64,000 bases of DNA from Azolla caroliniana. Its lineage: Eukaryota > Plantae > Polypodiophyta. This document shows positions 12,232 through 26,924 of this stretch, in pieces. The first letter of the stretch is position 1. The number at the start of each line of letters is the position of its first letter. Below the pieces are notes generated by a model that ran no database searches, was not told where the DNA came from, and saw only the letters and a list, made by a program, of their open reading frames with translations. The stretch is taken from the NCBI GenBank assembly GCA_043228905.1, contig JBHGNT010000018.1, positions 11,594,001 through 11,658,000 of the forward strand, in the 5' to 3' direction. The position numbers were made by a program, and so were the translations under genes.

Positions 12232-15200
12232 ATGGCTGCAGAGAATGCGGGCCAAATAGTTACAGAGAAACTAGATAAAAACAATTTCCCGGCGTGGAAA
12301 TTTAGAATGACAAATTTCCTGATGGGGAAAGGATACTGGGATTACATTGAAGGAGACCTAGAAGAGGCCTTGGAGATCCCAGAAGAAAATGCCACAGCAA
12401 CACAGATTAAAGCATTCAAAGATTGGAATCAAGGGGCAAGGAAGGTAATGCATTGGCTCTCACTTAGCATCTCAAATTCGATGCTTGGGCACATACAGGA
12501 TGCTATGCTCCCAAAAGAAGCTTGGGACAGTTTGGTAAAACTGTTTGCAGTAAACACAAAAGCTAGAAAGCTACAGTTGAAGACTGAGCTAAATACCTTA
12601 GAAAAAGGTAAGATGTCAATAAATGAGTATGCTTTGAAAATAAAGAGCATATGTGAATCACTTGCTTCTATCAATGTAAAGATAGAAGATGATGATAAGG
12701 TAGAAATATGCTTGAGAGGCTTAGGACCTCAATACAAAAGCTTTAAAACCTCTATGCTTACAAGGGATAGTATCCCAAGTTTCCATATCTGGTTTCAATG
12801 CTTGTAGTAGAAGAAAGGAATAAGATGGGTGATGCAAATAAAGGAAATCTTGAGAATGAGGGGCAAGCCCTATATAATAGTGCTGGAAGAGGCCGAGGAA
12901 GAGGCCATGAATGATTTGGCTCAGCAAGAACCAACAATAATGGTTATCAAGGAAGAGGATAACAAACCATTAGAGGAAGAAACAACAACAGAGGCAGGGG
13001 GAGCAACCAAGGTAGAGGTAAGCAAACATATGTAAATGATGATGGTTGTTGGTATTGTGGAAAACCATGCCCAAACTAGTGAAGATTGGGAAAAAGATGG
13101 TGCATTTGTGGTACAACATGAGATAACAGCAGTGGCTGAAAACTCACAGAAATGTAGTGAAGAGTTTACATGGTATGTAGAGTCGGGGGCATCTAACCAT
13201 ATGACTGGACATGCAAACTGGTTTGAAAGGTTAAGAGAACTAGAGATTCCTGGCTATGTACAGACGGGTGATAATAGTACTCACCAAATAGAACATGTTG
13301 GAGATATCTCATTGTGGGAAGAAAAAGGAAAGACTACGTATATGTTGAATGTAATGCATGTTCCAAATCTTGCTAAGAATCTGATTTCTGTTGGACAGAT
13401 AGTAGAGCAAGGTATGCAAGTAAAGTTTAAGCAAAGTGGATGCTATATAGAAAAGAATGGGAAGCTCATTGCAAAAGGAAAACGACAAGGAAGAATGTTT
13501 ATTTTGGATGTTGACATGCCTAGACAGATTTCAGCTATGTTTGCAAATGGAATGAGTGTAGTCTCAGATATGGAAATGTGGCATAAAAGGATTGGCCACA
13601 TAAGTATGCAAACCCTAAAGAATATGTTGAGAAAAGATGCAGTGGCTGGACTGCCAAAACTGAAAAATTGTGAAATGGGAAAGATATGTGAAGCATGTCA
13701 ATATGGAAAGAAAAATAGGTTGTCATTCCCTCATGAAAGACATGTAAGTGAAAATTTGTTGGATTTGGTACATACGGATGTATGGGGACCAACTAAGAAT
13801 GCATTTATCGGTGGCTGCAGATTCTATGTAACTTTTATTGATGATTGCTCAAGGAAAACATGGGTGTACTTCATGAAAGAGAAAAGTGAAGTGTTTGAAT
13901 GTTTTCGTAAGTTTAAATGCATGGTAGAAAAGTAGGCATGTACAAGAATAAAATGTTTAAGATCTGATGGAGGAGGAGAGTATTTCTCCAATGAATTTTC
14001 TGATTTTCTATGCAATCAGGGAATAAGAAGACAGTTCACATGTAGATATACTCCACAGCAAAATGGAGTTGCTGAGAGGAAAAACAGAACATTGGTGAAC
14101 ATTGCAAGGGCTTTGATGACAGAGAAGAATATGTCATTGTACTATTGGGTAGAAGCTGTAAATACAGCAAATTATATTCTAAATAGATGTATAACATCGG
14201 GAGTACATGAAGCAACTCCTGAAGAATGTTTCTATGGAAGGAAACCTAGTTTAGAACACTTAAAAGTGTTTGGATGCCTTGCATATGTGCATGTGCCTGC
14301 AAAAGTAAGAAGTAAGCTAGATCCAAAAGCAGAAAAATGTATTTTTGTTGGCTATTCAGAAGAACAAAAAGGGTATAGATGCTATAACCCTGTAACAAAG
14401 AAGATTGTGACAAGCAGGGATGTAATCTTTGATGAGTTAGCCAGCTGGTACAGTCCAAAATAGAATCCAGAGACTGATGAAGACAATGAGATTGAAGATA
14501 GAAACAAATCTGAAAATGTAGAAGACTGCCACAGAGATGGAAGCAAGGTTGGACAGCAAAGTCCAACATCAACAGAATGTTCTGGACCATCAAAAAGCTC
14601 AGATGGTAAATCTGATTCGAATTCTTGGAGTGGAAAAAGTGGAGGACAAAAAATGTGATGATAAAAAAGGAAAACAGAAAATTCTAGAGTATGAAATGTT
14701 GGATGACTTGTCTAAAAACATGGAAGATGAGGATTCAAATATATCATTGGATGATTTTCTTGGTATAAGAGGATTGAAAATCCCTAGTATAGAAAAAGCA
14801 TTGAAGGATGCAAATTAGAAACTGAGAAGATCAGATAGAGAGAAAAAAATTGTTGAAAGATTTGGTTATGATACATATATGGCTATGCATTATGCATATA
14901 TGTCTAAGGTGGTACAGATCCCTGATCCAAGTAGTTTTGATGAGGCTAAAACTGAGAAGAAATGGGTGGATGCAATGCAAGAAGAGATTGATGCATTGGC
15001 TGAAAACAGAACATGGGATTTGATGAAGTTACCAAAAGGAAAAAATGTGGTAGGTTGCAAATGGGTCTACAAGACAAAGCATGATTCCAGTGGGAATGTA
15101 AGTAGACATAAAGAAAGATTGGTTGCAAAGGGATATGCCCAAATGGAAGGAATTGATTATGATGAGACATTTGCACCGGTTGCAAAGATGGCAACGTTGA

Positions 15201-15862
15201 GGACATTACTGGCTGTAGGTGCAACCAGAAGATGGTTTATTCATCATATGGATGTAAAAAATGCCTTTTTACATGGTAACTTGGAAGAAGAAGTGTATAT
15301 GTGTCAACCACCAGGTTTTGAAGATAGGTAGCATCCAGATTATGTATGTAAGCTGAAAAAGGCTCTCTATGGACTGAAACAGGCACCAAGAGCATGCCAC
15401 AGAGAACTTTCCGATTATCTGAAAAAACTTGACTTCAAAATGTCAAAGGTTGATTCATCATTGTATGTTAAAAGGAAAAATGATTGTATTGTTATGATTC
15501 TGATTTATGTTGATGATCTCATCATTGGAGGTGATTCCATGGACGAAATAAGTAAGCTGAAAAGAAATTTGGAAATGCAGTTTCATATGAAAGATTTGAG
15601 AGATTTGAGATATTTTTTGGGTATTGAAATCAACACATCTGAAAGTGGTATATATGTGTTGCAAAGACAATATCCAACAACTATGTTGAAAAAGTATGGT
15701 ATGCTTGGATGCAAACCTATTGGAGTACCACTAGATAAAAACTGCAAATTGAGGGCTGATTTGGGAGCCAAAATAGAAGATGTAAACATGTACAGGTCTA
15801 TGGTGGGTAGCCTTATTTATTTGACCATAACAAGACCTTATTTGAGTTATGCAGTTGGAATA
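12232..15862 (+). pseudogene. Copia B gag-PR-IN-RT, fragmented
   Basis: [53 protein letters not shown]. Confidence 0.92.
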
Positions 15863-18800
15863 TGTTGGGATTACGGTCCCTCCGGATGGGATGGTTAGAT
15901 GTCCGGGAATCGGGAATGAAGACCCGGTTTCGGATCCGGATGATGAAGACCCTGGCTACGGAGCCGGATGACGAAGACCCGGTTTCGGATCCGGATGATG
16001 AAGACCCCGGCTACGGAGCCGGATGACGAATGTACCCGGAGAGAGATCCGGATGCGGGGACATATTTGTGAATATGTTTGCCAAGGGCCCTCGAGGCTAT
16101 ATTTGTAAATAGCCCGAAAGTCATATGTGTATAAATATGACTTAGGGCAAACAGTTTGGTGGTTGTTGCTCATTTTTCTGTTTTCCACTTAGAGGGAGCG
16201 AAGTGAGAGCAGCCGAGAGAGAGAGAGAGAGAGAAAGGAAGAGGTCGACGCCTCTGTGTAATACCGCCGTCTGTGGCGAGGACAGCGAGCTCAAGGTCGT
16301 CGCCTTGCAGCTCGCCATTGTACATTCCCTGCGTATAGTGATAGTTGGAGTCTTGCACTCCCGTGGTTTTTTTTTCCCGTCTAGGGTTTTCCACGCTAAA
16401 CCCTGTGCATTCGAGTCTCTCTCTGTGTTTTGATTTACTTCTGCATTGATTCGTGTTTCCTCGGTTGTGGCTGAGAGGTGAAGGTTTTTGAAAGCGTCGA
16501 TTTCTAACAATCTGGTATCAGAGCGACTGCAGTGCAGAAAATGGAAGGCGGCAGCAGCGGGCAGCCGGGGATGATGGTGCTGAATGCGCAGAACTACGCC
16601 GACTGGAAGATAAAGATGGAGGATCTGCTCATTGTTCGGGACCTGTATGAACCGATCGACAGGTCGGAAATACCCAAGGGGGTACTTGAGACGGAATGGA
16701 GGCTTCTGAACCGGAAAGCCGTTGCAACCATTCGGCAATACGTCGACGTGAGCGTTCTACAACATGTGGCGAATGACACCAACACATATGAGATGTGGCA
16801 GAAGCTGTCGGGCCTCTACGAGAGGAAGAATGCGTTGAACCGGACCTCCCTGATGAGGAAGATAGTGAACATCAAGTACCGGGACGACGAGAGTATGGTG
16901 GAACACGTAAGCACGTTCATGGGATTCGTGAACCAGCTTGCGGCGATCAAGTTCCCGTTGGAGGATGCAATGCAACCCATCATGCTGATGTGTACATTGC
17001 CGGAAAGCTGGGAGAACTTGGTGGTGACTCTCAGCACCTCCTGCACCGAAGATAACTTGTCCTTACAAACGGTAAAGACAAGCATTTTGAACGAAGAAGC
17101 GCGTCGGAGAGATAAAGAACCGGCCTCCGATCCGAAGATGCTGCTTACCGAATCGGATCGGGGAAGACAACGGAACCGGAGTCCGCAAAGACGGGAGAAG
17201 TCGGGGACCCGGTCGCAGTCAAGAGGAAGGCCCACATGCTTCCACTGTGGGAAGCCGGGGCACTTCTGAAAGAATTGTCGGCATTACCGAAAAGACAACG
17301 GAGCTGACGACACCGATTCGAAGAAGTCTTCGGAACGGAACGGTGCTTACCGGGGAGCCACGGACCGGAATGGTTCGGATCGACGAGGGCAGGACCGGAA
17401 AGGAACGACGGCACTCGCGGCAAGTGAAGAGGAGATCATGCTCATCACCGAAGAAGGTGAACTAAACATTGCCGGCGATGAGACTACCTGGGTGGTCGAT
17501 TCCGGAGCGTCGTTCCACCTGACCCCGGAAAGAAGATACTTCTCATCCTATACAGCCGGTGAGCATGGCTGCGTTTGGATGGGAAATGAAGGTACGTGCC
17601 GGATTGCCGGCATAGGAGACGTGTGGTTGACAACCTCGACCGGATGCAAAATGTTGCTGAAGGATGTCCGACACGTTCCGGAGGTTCGATTGAACCTGAT
17701 TTCGGCCGGGAGGCTAGACGATGAAGGCTACACAGGTAGCATCCGGAACTGCGTAATGAAGTTCAGCAAGGGGAGCCTGATAGTGGCTCGGGCCCGGAAA
17801 GTCAACACACTGTACCTTATGAATGCCTGGTTGTGTCCGGAGGAGTTGAACGTGGCAGCCAATACTGCCGGTGAGCTGTGGCACAAGAGACTGTGCCACA
17901 TGAGTGAGAAGGGGATGAAGAGGCTTGCAGAAGACAACCTTATTCCAGTGAAGCATGTGCACCTGGAGAAGTGCACCGATTGCCTGGCCGGTAAGCAGAA
18001 CCGAACCTCCTTCCACTCAAGGCCACCGACGAGACGTAGCGCACCATTGGAGTTGGTGCACACTGACGTGTGTCAAGTAGAAACGAAGTCACATGGCGGA
18101 GCCCAGTACTTCGTGACATTCATTGATGACCACAGCCGGAAGCTGTGGACGGCACCGTTGAAGAAAAAGGACCAAGTGTTGTGCGTTTTCAAAGAACTCC
18201 ACGCGAGAGTGGAAAGGGAATCCGGCAAGAAGCTGAAAGCGATACGAGCGGATAACGGAGGGGAATACCGGGGGCAGTTCGAGGAGTACTGTCGCTCGAA
18301 GGGAATCCGGCTCGAGTTTACTGTGCCGAAGACGCCGGAACTGAACGGGCTGGCCGAGAGGATGAACCGGACCATAATGGAGAGGGTCCGGAGTATGCTG
18401 GCGCATGCGAAATTACCCAAGGGGTTTTGGGCTGAGGCAATGTCGACGGCGACATACGTGATAAACAGATCACCCTCAGTACCTTTGGACGGAGACACGC
18501 CGCAGAGAGTGTGGACCGGCAGGGAAGTATCCTACCGGCATCTGAAGGTGTTCGGGTGCCTCGCATATGTGCATGTGGCAAAGGACCGGAGAGGAAAGCT
18601 AGATCCAAAGACCCGGCCATGCATATTCCTCGGTTACGGCGATGACGAGTTCGGCTACCGAGTATGGGACCCGGTCGACGAAAAGATATTCCGGAGTCGT
18701 GATATCATCTTCATGGAGGACAAGACACTCGCCGACTGGGAGTCGGAGAAGAAGATGATGAGCTCCAAGTCGACCGGTGAGGATCAACTCTACGAGGAGC

Positions 18801-21228
18801 AGTCCCGACCGGCAAGGGACCGGTTAGCACTCGAGGATCCGGCCGAAGACGGTGAAGAAACAGAACCGGCCGAGGAAGATGAAACTGATACCGGAACCGA
18901 CCCCGATCCCGAAATGGATTCGGATGAAGAGGAAACGGAGGAGCCGGTTACCGAAGCTCCGGAACGGAGATATCCTCTAAGAGAGAGAAGGGCCCCCCGG
19001 AGATTTCCGGAACCAGAGCACGTGCTGCTAACCGACGAGGGGGAGCCGGAGAGTTTTGAAGAAGCAAAGCTTGACACCCATAGCCGCAGGTGGTTAAGTG
19101 CCATGCAGGAGGAGATGGATTCCCTGCATGAGAACCACACATATGAACTTGTGGAGTTGCCGAAAGGAAAGCGGGCACTTCGAAACAAGTGGGTGTTCAA
19201 GCTGAAACCGGGAGATGCCGGAAACCCCCCGAGATACAAAGCCAGGATCATGGTGAAGGGGTTCCAGCAGAAGAAGGGCGTCGACTTCGACGAGATATTT
19301 GCCCCGGTAGTGAAGATGACCTCGAGGTAGAACAGATGGACGTGAAGACGGCATTCCTTCACGGTGACCTCGAAGAAGAGATCTACATGCAGCAACCGGA
19401 AGGATTCGAGAAGAAAGGAAAGGAGCACCTGGTATGCCGATTGAAGAAGAGCCTTTACGGACTGAAGCAGGCTCCCCGGCAATGGTACCGGAAGTTCGAC
19501 TCTTTCATGACCGACGAAGGGTACCACAAAACGCAGTCCGATCACTGCGTGTTTGTGAAGAAGTTCGAAGGAGGAGGCTTTCTAATACTCCTGTACGTGG
19601 ACGACATGTTGATCGTCGGACGGGACCAGGTCAAGATACGGATGTTGAAGAAAGCGCTTCACCGAACCTTCTCAATGAAGGACCTGGGTCCGGCGAGGCA
19701 AATACTAGGGATGCACATCATCCGGGACCGGAAGAAGAAGCAGTTGTGGCTGTCACAGGAGAAGTACGTGACAAAGGTGCTTCACCGGTTCAACATGTCG
19801 GAAGCAAGACCGGTCGGGTCAACCCTCCCGGCAAACTGCAGGTTGTCCAGCAAGCAAAGCCCCAAGACAAAGGCTGAGAAGGAGGACATGATGAAAGTAC
19901 CATATGCCTCTGCCGTCGGAAGCTTGATGTACGCAATGGTGTGTACAAGACCGGACATAGGATATGCAGTCGGAGTGGTGAGCCGGTACATGAGCAATCC
20001 CGGCAAAGAGCACTGGAACGCGGCCAAGTGGATACTCCGATACCTGAAGGGCACGGCAAACGTGTGTCTCCGATTCGGCTCCGGTAAGCCCGAACTCGAC
20101 GGCTTTACCGATTCGGATATGTCGGCTGATGCAGATACCAGCCGGTCCACATCAGGGTATGTGATGACGTATGCAGGGGGAGCTGTTTCGTGGCAGTCGA
20201 GGCTGCAGAAGACGGTTGCGTTGTCAACCACGGAGGCGGAGTACATGGCGGCTGTTGAAGCCGGCAAGGAAATAATATGGATGAAGGACTTCATTAGAGA
20301 GCTCGGTATCCGACAGGAGGAGTACCGACTCTACTGCGACAGTCAGAGTGCCATCCACCTTGCGAAGAATGCGGCCTATCACTCCCGGACGAAGCACATC
20401 CAGCGAAGATATCACTGGATCCGGGAAAGGATAGAAGACCAGGAGTTCGTGCTGACGAAGATCCACACGGACGAGAACGGGTCAGATATGCTGACCAAAG
20501 TGCTCACACCCGACAAGCTGGAAGCGTGCCGGAAGAGGGTCGGACTGGAAAGACATCCCATGCCGAAGTGAAGGGGGAGTTTGTTGGGATTACGGTCCCT
20601 CCGGATGGGATGGTCAGATGTCCGGGAATCGGGAATGAAGACCCGGTTTCGGATCCGGATGATGAAGACCCTGGCTACGGAGCCGGATGACGAAGACCCG
20701 GTTTCGGATCCGGATGATGAAGACCCCGGCTACGGAGCCGGATGACGAATGTACCCGGAGAGAGATCCGGATGCGGGGACATATTTGTGAATATGTTTGC
20801 CAAGGGCCCTCGAGGCTATATTTGTAAATAGTCCGAAAGTCATATGTGTATAAATATGACTTAGGGCAAACAGTTTGGTGGTTGTTGCTCATTTTTCTGT
20901 TTTCCACTTAGAGGGAGCGAAGTGAGAGCAGCCGAGAGAGAGAGAGAGAGAGAAAGGAAGAGGTCGACGCCTCTGTGTAATACCGCCGTCTGTGGCGAGG
21001 ACAGCGAGCTCAAGGTCGTCGCCTTGCAGCTCGCCATTGTACATTCCCTGCGTATAGTGATAGTTGGAGTCTTGCACTCCCGTGGTTTTTTTTTCCCGTC
21101 TAGGGTTTTCCACGCTAAACCCTGTGCATTCGAGTCTCTCTCTGTGTTTTGATTTACTTCTGCATTGATTTGTGTTTCCTCGGTTGTGGCCGAGAGGTGA
21201 AGGTTTTTGAAAGCGTCGATTTCTAACA
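15863..21228 (+). mobile_element. Ty1/Copia element C (Tork/Tnt1-like), young, TSD GAATA
   Basis: 647-bp LTRs 15863-16509 and 20582-21228 (about 4 differences by eye); PBS TGGTATCAGAGC at 16513; PPT GAAGGGGGAG; GAATA at 15858-15862 and 21229-21233. Confidence 0.97.
16541..20571 (+). pseudogene. Copia C gag-pol with a premature TGA (17267-17269) and a 40-bp frameshifting deletion near 19321
   Basis: Compared with the intact paralogue G. Confidence 0.93.
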
Positions 21229-21233
21229 GAATA

Positions 21234-21850
21234 GTCAGCCAATTTATGCAACAGCCAACAAAGCCGCATTTGGACTGGATTAGAAGAATTCTGAGGTATG
21301 TAAAAGCTACTCAGAACTATGGATTGTTTTATAGGGCTGATTTGGACATAAATCTGGAAGGATATATAGATAGAAGATCCACAAGTGGATATATGTTTAC
21401 ATTGGGAAGTGCAAGTATTTCATGGAGTAGCAAGAAACAAGCTACTGTTGCATTGTCTAGTACTGAAGTTGAGTACAGAGGAGCCGCCATAGCCACTTGT
21501 GAAGAGGTATGGATCAGAAGATTTCTTGCTAATTTGGGAGAGTATATAGATGGTACTGTCACAATCTGGTGTGACAATATGAGCAGCATTCAGCTTGCAA
21601 AAAACCCAGTGTTCCATGCAAGAACAAAGCACATTGAAGTGCATATCACTTTGTTAGAGAAAAAGTGATTGAAGGAGAAATTGATCTGGTGTATGTGAAT
21701 ACAAATCAGCAAGTTGCTGATATTCTCACAAAGGGATTGAGTGTGGAAAAGCATACACAGTTTCGGAACATGATGGGAGTTGTAGACACTGATATGATGG
21801 CTGAAAAGCATCATGGAAAAGAAGTTGTAGATAACCCCAAGAAAGGATAA
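21234..21850 (+). pseudogene. Copia B RNase H remainder
   Basis: SQFMQQPTKPH...RRSTSGY...KHIEVH...QVADILTKGL continues the frame broken at 15862. Confidence 0.9.
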
Positions 21851-22261
21851 GTTGAGCTTGAGGGGGAGTGTTGAGAAGCAAGCTCAACATGGTATGTGAT
21901 GCTTATTGGGAAATAAGCTATAGTAGCTATTTAGCTACTTGTGAACATAAAGGAGAAACAACTAATTAGCTACTGACATATTACTTAGGTAAAAAGTAAG
22001 ATAGTAGGTAAGTAAGAAATATACATGAAGTAGAACTCTGAGAGAGTGAGTGAGGATAGAGAGGAAGAACTTAGAGAGTGAGAGTAGAAAAGAGAAACAG
22101 ACGAGAGCAAGTAGAGCTCTACGTGTAATGAAATAGAAGAAGTTTTGGCTGCTACAGAGGTAGGTCTCCTTCCCCCTTCCCTTCTGTGTTTGAGCACCAA
22201 ACGATCTGCCGCGCACATAAGAAGAGCCCGAGTGCCTTCTTCACGTTTTCTTAACAAGGAG

Positions 22262-25200
22262 GAGTCCAGTATTCCTGTCCTCTGTCGACAGACTTTGAGT
22301 CTGTCCATCGGTAGGTTCTTTGTCAGCATGTCGGATCCATTGTCGTCAATATGGATCTTCACGAGGGTAAACTCTCCTTCTTCGACTTTCTCCCGCAACC
22401 AATGATACCTTCTCTATATGTGCTTGGTTCGGGAGTGGTATGCAGCATTCTTGGCTAGATGTATGGCACTCTGGCTATCACAATGAAGCAAAAAATCCCT
22501 TTTCTTCCTCCCCAACTCGTTGAGAAAGTTTCTCATCCAAAATAGCTCCTTGCCGGTTTCTACCACTACCATATACTCTACCTCTGTGGTCGAGAAGGCC
22601 ACAGACTTCTGTAGTCGTGTTTGCCATGACACTGCTCCCCCTGCATAGGTCATCACGTACCCTGACATGGATCGGCTTGAATCTACATCCCCTGACATAT
22701 CCAAGTCGGTAAACCCTTCGAGCATGGGTTTTCCGACACCATACCTTAGGCATGCCCTCGAGGTGCCTTTTAAGTACTTGAGTATCCACTTCACCGCTAC
22801 CCAGTGTTCTCTTCTTGGATTACTCATGTATCGGCTTACTGTTCCCACAACAAAAGCTATGTCTGGTCTCATGCAGACCATAGAATACATTAGACTGCCG
22901 ACAGTTGAGGCATATGGTACTTTCCTCATCTCAGCCTTTTCTTTCTCCCCTCTTGGGCATTGCTTTGCATTTATCTTGTAGTTAGTCGGTAACACGGAGC
23001 TGACCAGCTTTGTCTCCGACATTTTGAATCTTTCAAGGATTTTCATCACATACTTCTCTTGTGACAACCACAACACTTTCTTAGTTCTATCCCGATCTAT
23101 GTGCATCCCTAAGATATGTTTAGCCGGACTAAGATCTTTCATGGCCAATGATTTTCCTAGAGCTTTCTTCAAGCTTCCGATCTTCCTTGTATCTTGACCG
23201 ACTATCAACATGTCTTCTACATATAATAGAAGAATCAGGAAATCACCTTCATTGTACCTTTTGAAGAACACACAATGATCAACCTGTGTTTTCTGGAACC
23301 CATGTTCCACCATGAATGACTCGAACTTCTTGTACCATTGGCGTTGAGCTTGTTTTAGGTCGTATAGGTTTTTCTTCAGTCAACACACCAGATTCTCTTT
23401 CCCTTTCTCCACAAAACCTTTGGGTTGCTGCATGTAGATCTCGTCATCCAGCTCCCCGTGCAAGAATGTCGTCTTGACATCTACCTATTCGATCTCTAGA
23501 TCCATGCTGGCAACTATGCTCAGAACAGTTCTAATGGATGTCATCTTCACGACTGGAGCGAATATTTCGTCAAAGTCAACGCCCTTTTTCTCATGGAAAC
23601 CCTTCACCACAATGTGGGCTTTATACCTAGGCGCACTGTCAACTTCTCTAGTCTTCACCTTGTAGAGCCACTTATTCCTGAGTGCTCTCTTACCTTTCGG
23701 CAGTTGTACTAGGTCATAGGTGTAGTTTTCGTGCAAAGAGTCCATCTCATCTTGCATCACACTCAGCCATTTCTCTCAATGCTCGTTGGCAATGGCTTCA
23801 TCATAGCACTCTGGCTCACCTTCATCAGTCAAGAGGATGTATTTATTGGCATATGTTGTCGGTGCACTCCTTTCTCTGAGTGGGTATCTCCTTCCACTCA
23901 TTGTCGGCTCTCGTTCAAGTGTCTCTCTCGACTCTCCTCTTTGTTCAGGTTCATATATGTCAATTGGCTTCTGAAGATTGGATGACTCCAACTCGTATTC
24001 CTCAATCGACCTTAACAACTTTGCCGACTCAGACTCAAAGTTGGTTGGTCTCTCCGAGTCGACCAACTCGGAATCGGCTGTGCCGACTAATTGTCTCTGA
24101 ACAACCAATTGTGCTGGTTAACTTGGCCTCAAATCGACAATAGTGGAGGTTGACTGGTTAGTCAATTCTGACTTCTATTGTTTCCAGTCCTCTATGGTCT
24201 TGTATTCCAAGAAGACTATGTCCCGACTCCTCACTACCTTCTTGTCGACTAGGTCCCATAGCCTATAGCCAAACTCATCTTCCGAGTATCCCATAAATAT
24301 GCATGGTTTCGACTTGTTGTCATGCTTTGACCTCTGATCCTTAGCCACATCCATATATGATAAACATCTGAACACCCTCAAGTGTCGGTAGGAGACTTTG
24401 TTTCCTATCCACACCCTTTGTGGGACATCACCCTTCAATGGCACTGAGGGAGACCTGTTGATCAGATAAACAATTGTACACATCGCTTCAGCCCAATAGG
24501 ATTTCGGTAGTTTAGCATGAGAGAGCATGCTCCTTACTCTCTCCATGATTGTTCGATTCATCCTCTTTGCAAGCCCATTCAACTCAGGAGTCTTTGGTAC
24601 TCTGTATACGATTCGAATACATTGGGCCTTGCAATATTCCTCAAACTGCCCTTTATATTCACCACCATTGTCAGTTCAGACAACCTTCAAATTCTGACTT
24701 GATTCCCGTTTAGCTTTTGCCTGGAACTCCTTGAAAAATGAGAGTACTTGATCATTTGACTTTAGTACGAAGGCCCACAACTTCCGACTTTCGTCATCGA
24801 TGAAGGTCACAAAGTATTGTCTGCCTCGGTGTGACAGAGCATCTACATAGCACAGATCCGTGTGTACTAGTTCCCGTGGCACTTCTCTTCTCATTGGTGG
24901 TCTAGAGTGGAATGTTGCTCTATTCTGCTTTCCGACTAAACAGTCGACACACTTCTCCAGGTGCACTCCCTTTACTTCTAGTAGAAGCCTCTGGTTGGCC
25001 AACAGATGCAATCCCTTCTCACTCAAGTGGCCTAGCCTCTTATGCCATATCTACCTTATCGTGTTGGCTGCCACATTCACTTCCGATTTGCACAGCAAGC
25101 TTGCATCATATACAATGTGCCTTCTTTCTGTGCTCGGGCCACTATGAGATTTCCTCGGTAGAACTTCCACTTTCCATTCCGAAAACTACCATTATAGCCT

Positions 25201-26295
25201 TCGTCGTCTAGTCTTCCAATTGATATCAGAATCAATCTGCTATCAGGGACATGTTGAAATTCCTTCAAAGTTAGCCGACACCCTATCGACTTCGTCAGGC
25301 AAACACTTCCGATGTTGGCTACCTTGCACTCCCCACTGTCACCCATCTTTACATAACCATGATCACTGGCTATGTACGTCGCGAAATACTCTCTCGACGG
25401 AGTTATGTGGAAGGATGCACAGAGTCGATCACCCAAGTGCAATCTTCGCTCGCAAGGTTTGCACTTGTCTGTTTGCAAATGAACACCAGTTCTTCATTGC
25501 TCGTATCAATGGCTAAAGTGCCCTTTTCATCAGGAATCTTCCTGGGTTCGACACCATTACCGACACCTTTTTCCTTCACCTGTGTCGGTAGTCCTTTTGG
25601 AAATGTCCAGGCTTTCCACAATAGAAGCACACGAGCTTACCTCTGAACTTCGACTTGGCCTGAGACTTTTCTCTCCTTGGTGGACTTCTTTGCTGGTTCC
25701 TCCCTCTGCCGATGTGTTGAGTCATATTTGACTCTGACTGGACTAGGACACCCTTGTCCTTCCTTCTCGCTTCCTCATTCAGGATGCTTGTCTTCACCAC
25801 TGGTAAAGACAACTTCTCTTCTTGACATGAGGTGCTAAGAGTAACCACTAGGTTCTCCCAGCTATTCGGTATTGTGCACATTAGCAAGATGGCCTGCATG
25901 GCATCATCGAGGGGAAACTTGGTTGCAACAAGTTGATTTACATACCCCATGAATGTACTGATGTGTTCGACGATGCTCTCACCGTCTCTGTATTTCAGCC
26001 GTATGATCTTTCTCATCAGTGAGGTTTTAGTGGGGGCATTCTTCCTCTCATATAAACCTGAAAGCTTCTGCCACATCTCGTGGGCGTTTGTGTCATTCGC
26101 CACATGATGAAGGACACTTACATCGACGCACTGTCGGATGGTGGCCACCGCCTTTCTGTTAAGAAGTATCCATACAGATGGTATTTCTGCTTTGTTGATC
26201 GACTCATATAGGTCCTCCATCTTTATCTTCCAATCTGCATAGTTTTGAGAGTTTAGAACTATCATTCCTGGGAAGCCACTCACACCTCCTTCCAT
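22262..26295 (-). pseudogene. Copia H gag-pol, fragmented
   Basis: ORFs 25576-26295 (gag, CFYCGKPGH), 24676-25026 and 24175-24582 (IN), 23485-23760 and 22414-23313 (RT/RH). Confidence 0.92.
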
Positions 26296-26924
26296 GCTTG
26301 CACCTCAAGCTCTGATACCAATTTGTTAAGAAACAAATCGTCAATCCACAAGAAGAAATGCGCTGAAATACACAGTTCGGAAACATAGAACAAAGTGTAC
26401 ACAGATTTTACGTGGAAACCCGAAAGCGGGAGAAAACCATGGAGAAAGGAGCTTCACTATAAAGTGTATATACAATGATGAGATTAGAGTACAACACTCT
26501 CTACACTGAGTGTATCAGCCGCACAAGGCTCTTCTCGTATGCTGTTATAGAACACAACTATAGCGTCGCTCACTCAGCCTCTCGTCTCATTCTAACTCTT
26601 CTCTATCGTTGTCGTGTGAATCTTCACACACTATGTAAAAAAAATAATGAAATAATTATTATGGATTAGATTAGTAGCTTACTATAGAAAGATGGATATA
26701 CTCAAGAGCTTCAAAACGTTTTTTACTATATACAAAATGGAGAAATACATATCAAGTTATGTGAAAATAAAGTTTGAGAAGATAGGAAAATTAGAACTAT
26801 CCCACATAGATAGGAAAGTTAAGGCCCTGGCTATATAAGCACCTTGACCTCCCTCATTCTTCATTTGTGCTAAGAGCACTTTGGCCACTTTGTCTTAATG
26901 GACGATGGTGGACAAATTCCCTAA

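Larger units (their letters stand above)
11628..22256 (+). mobile_element. Ty1/Copia element B, TSD AGGAG, interrupted by C
   Basis: LTRs 11628-12093 and 21869-22256; PBS TGGTATTAGAGC at 12094; PPT before 21869; AGGAG at 11623-11627 and 22257-22261. Confidence 0.95.

Noticed and set aside
15905-16030. CRISPR-like repeat pattern in the C LTR
   Set aside because: Head-to-tail ~27-bp tandem units with no unique spacers, in a eukaryotic LTR, with no cas genes.
16594-20466. Many antisense and alternative-frame ORFs over Copia C (likewise over G and L)
   Set aside because: Shadow ORFs of GC-rich pol coding sequence; their recurrence reflects paralogy.
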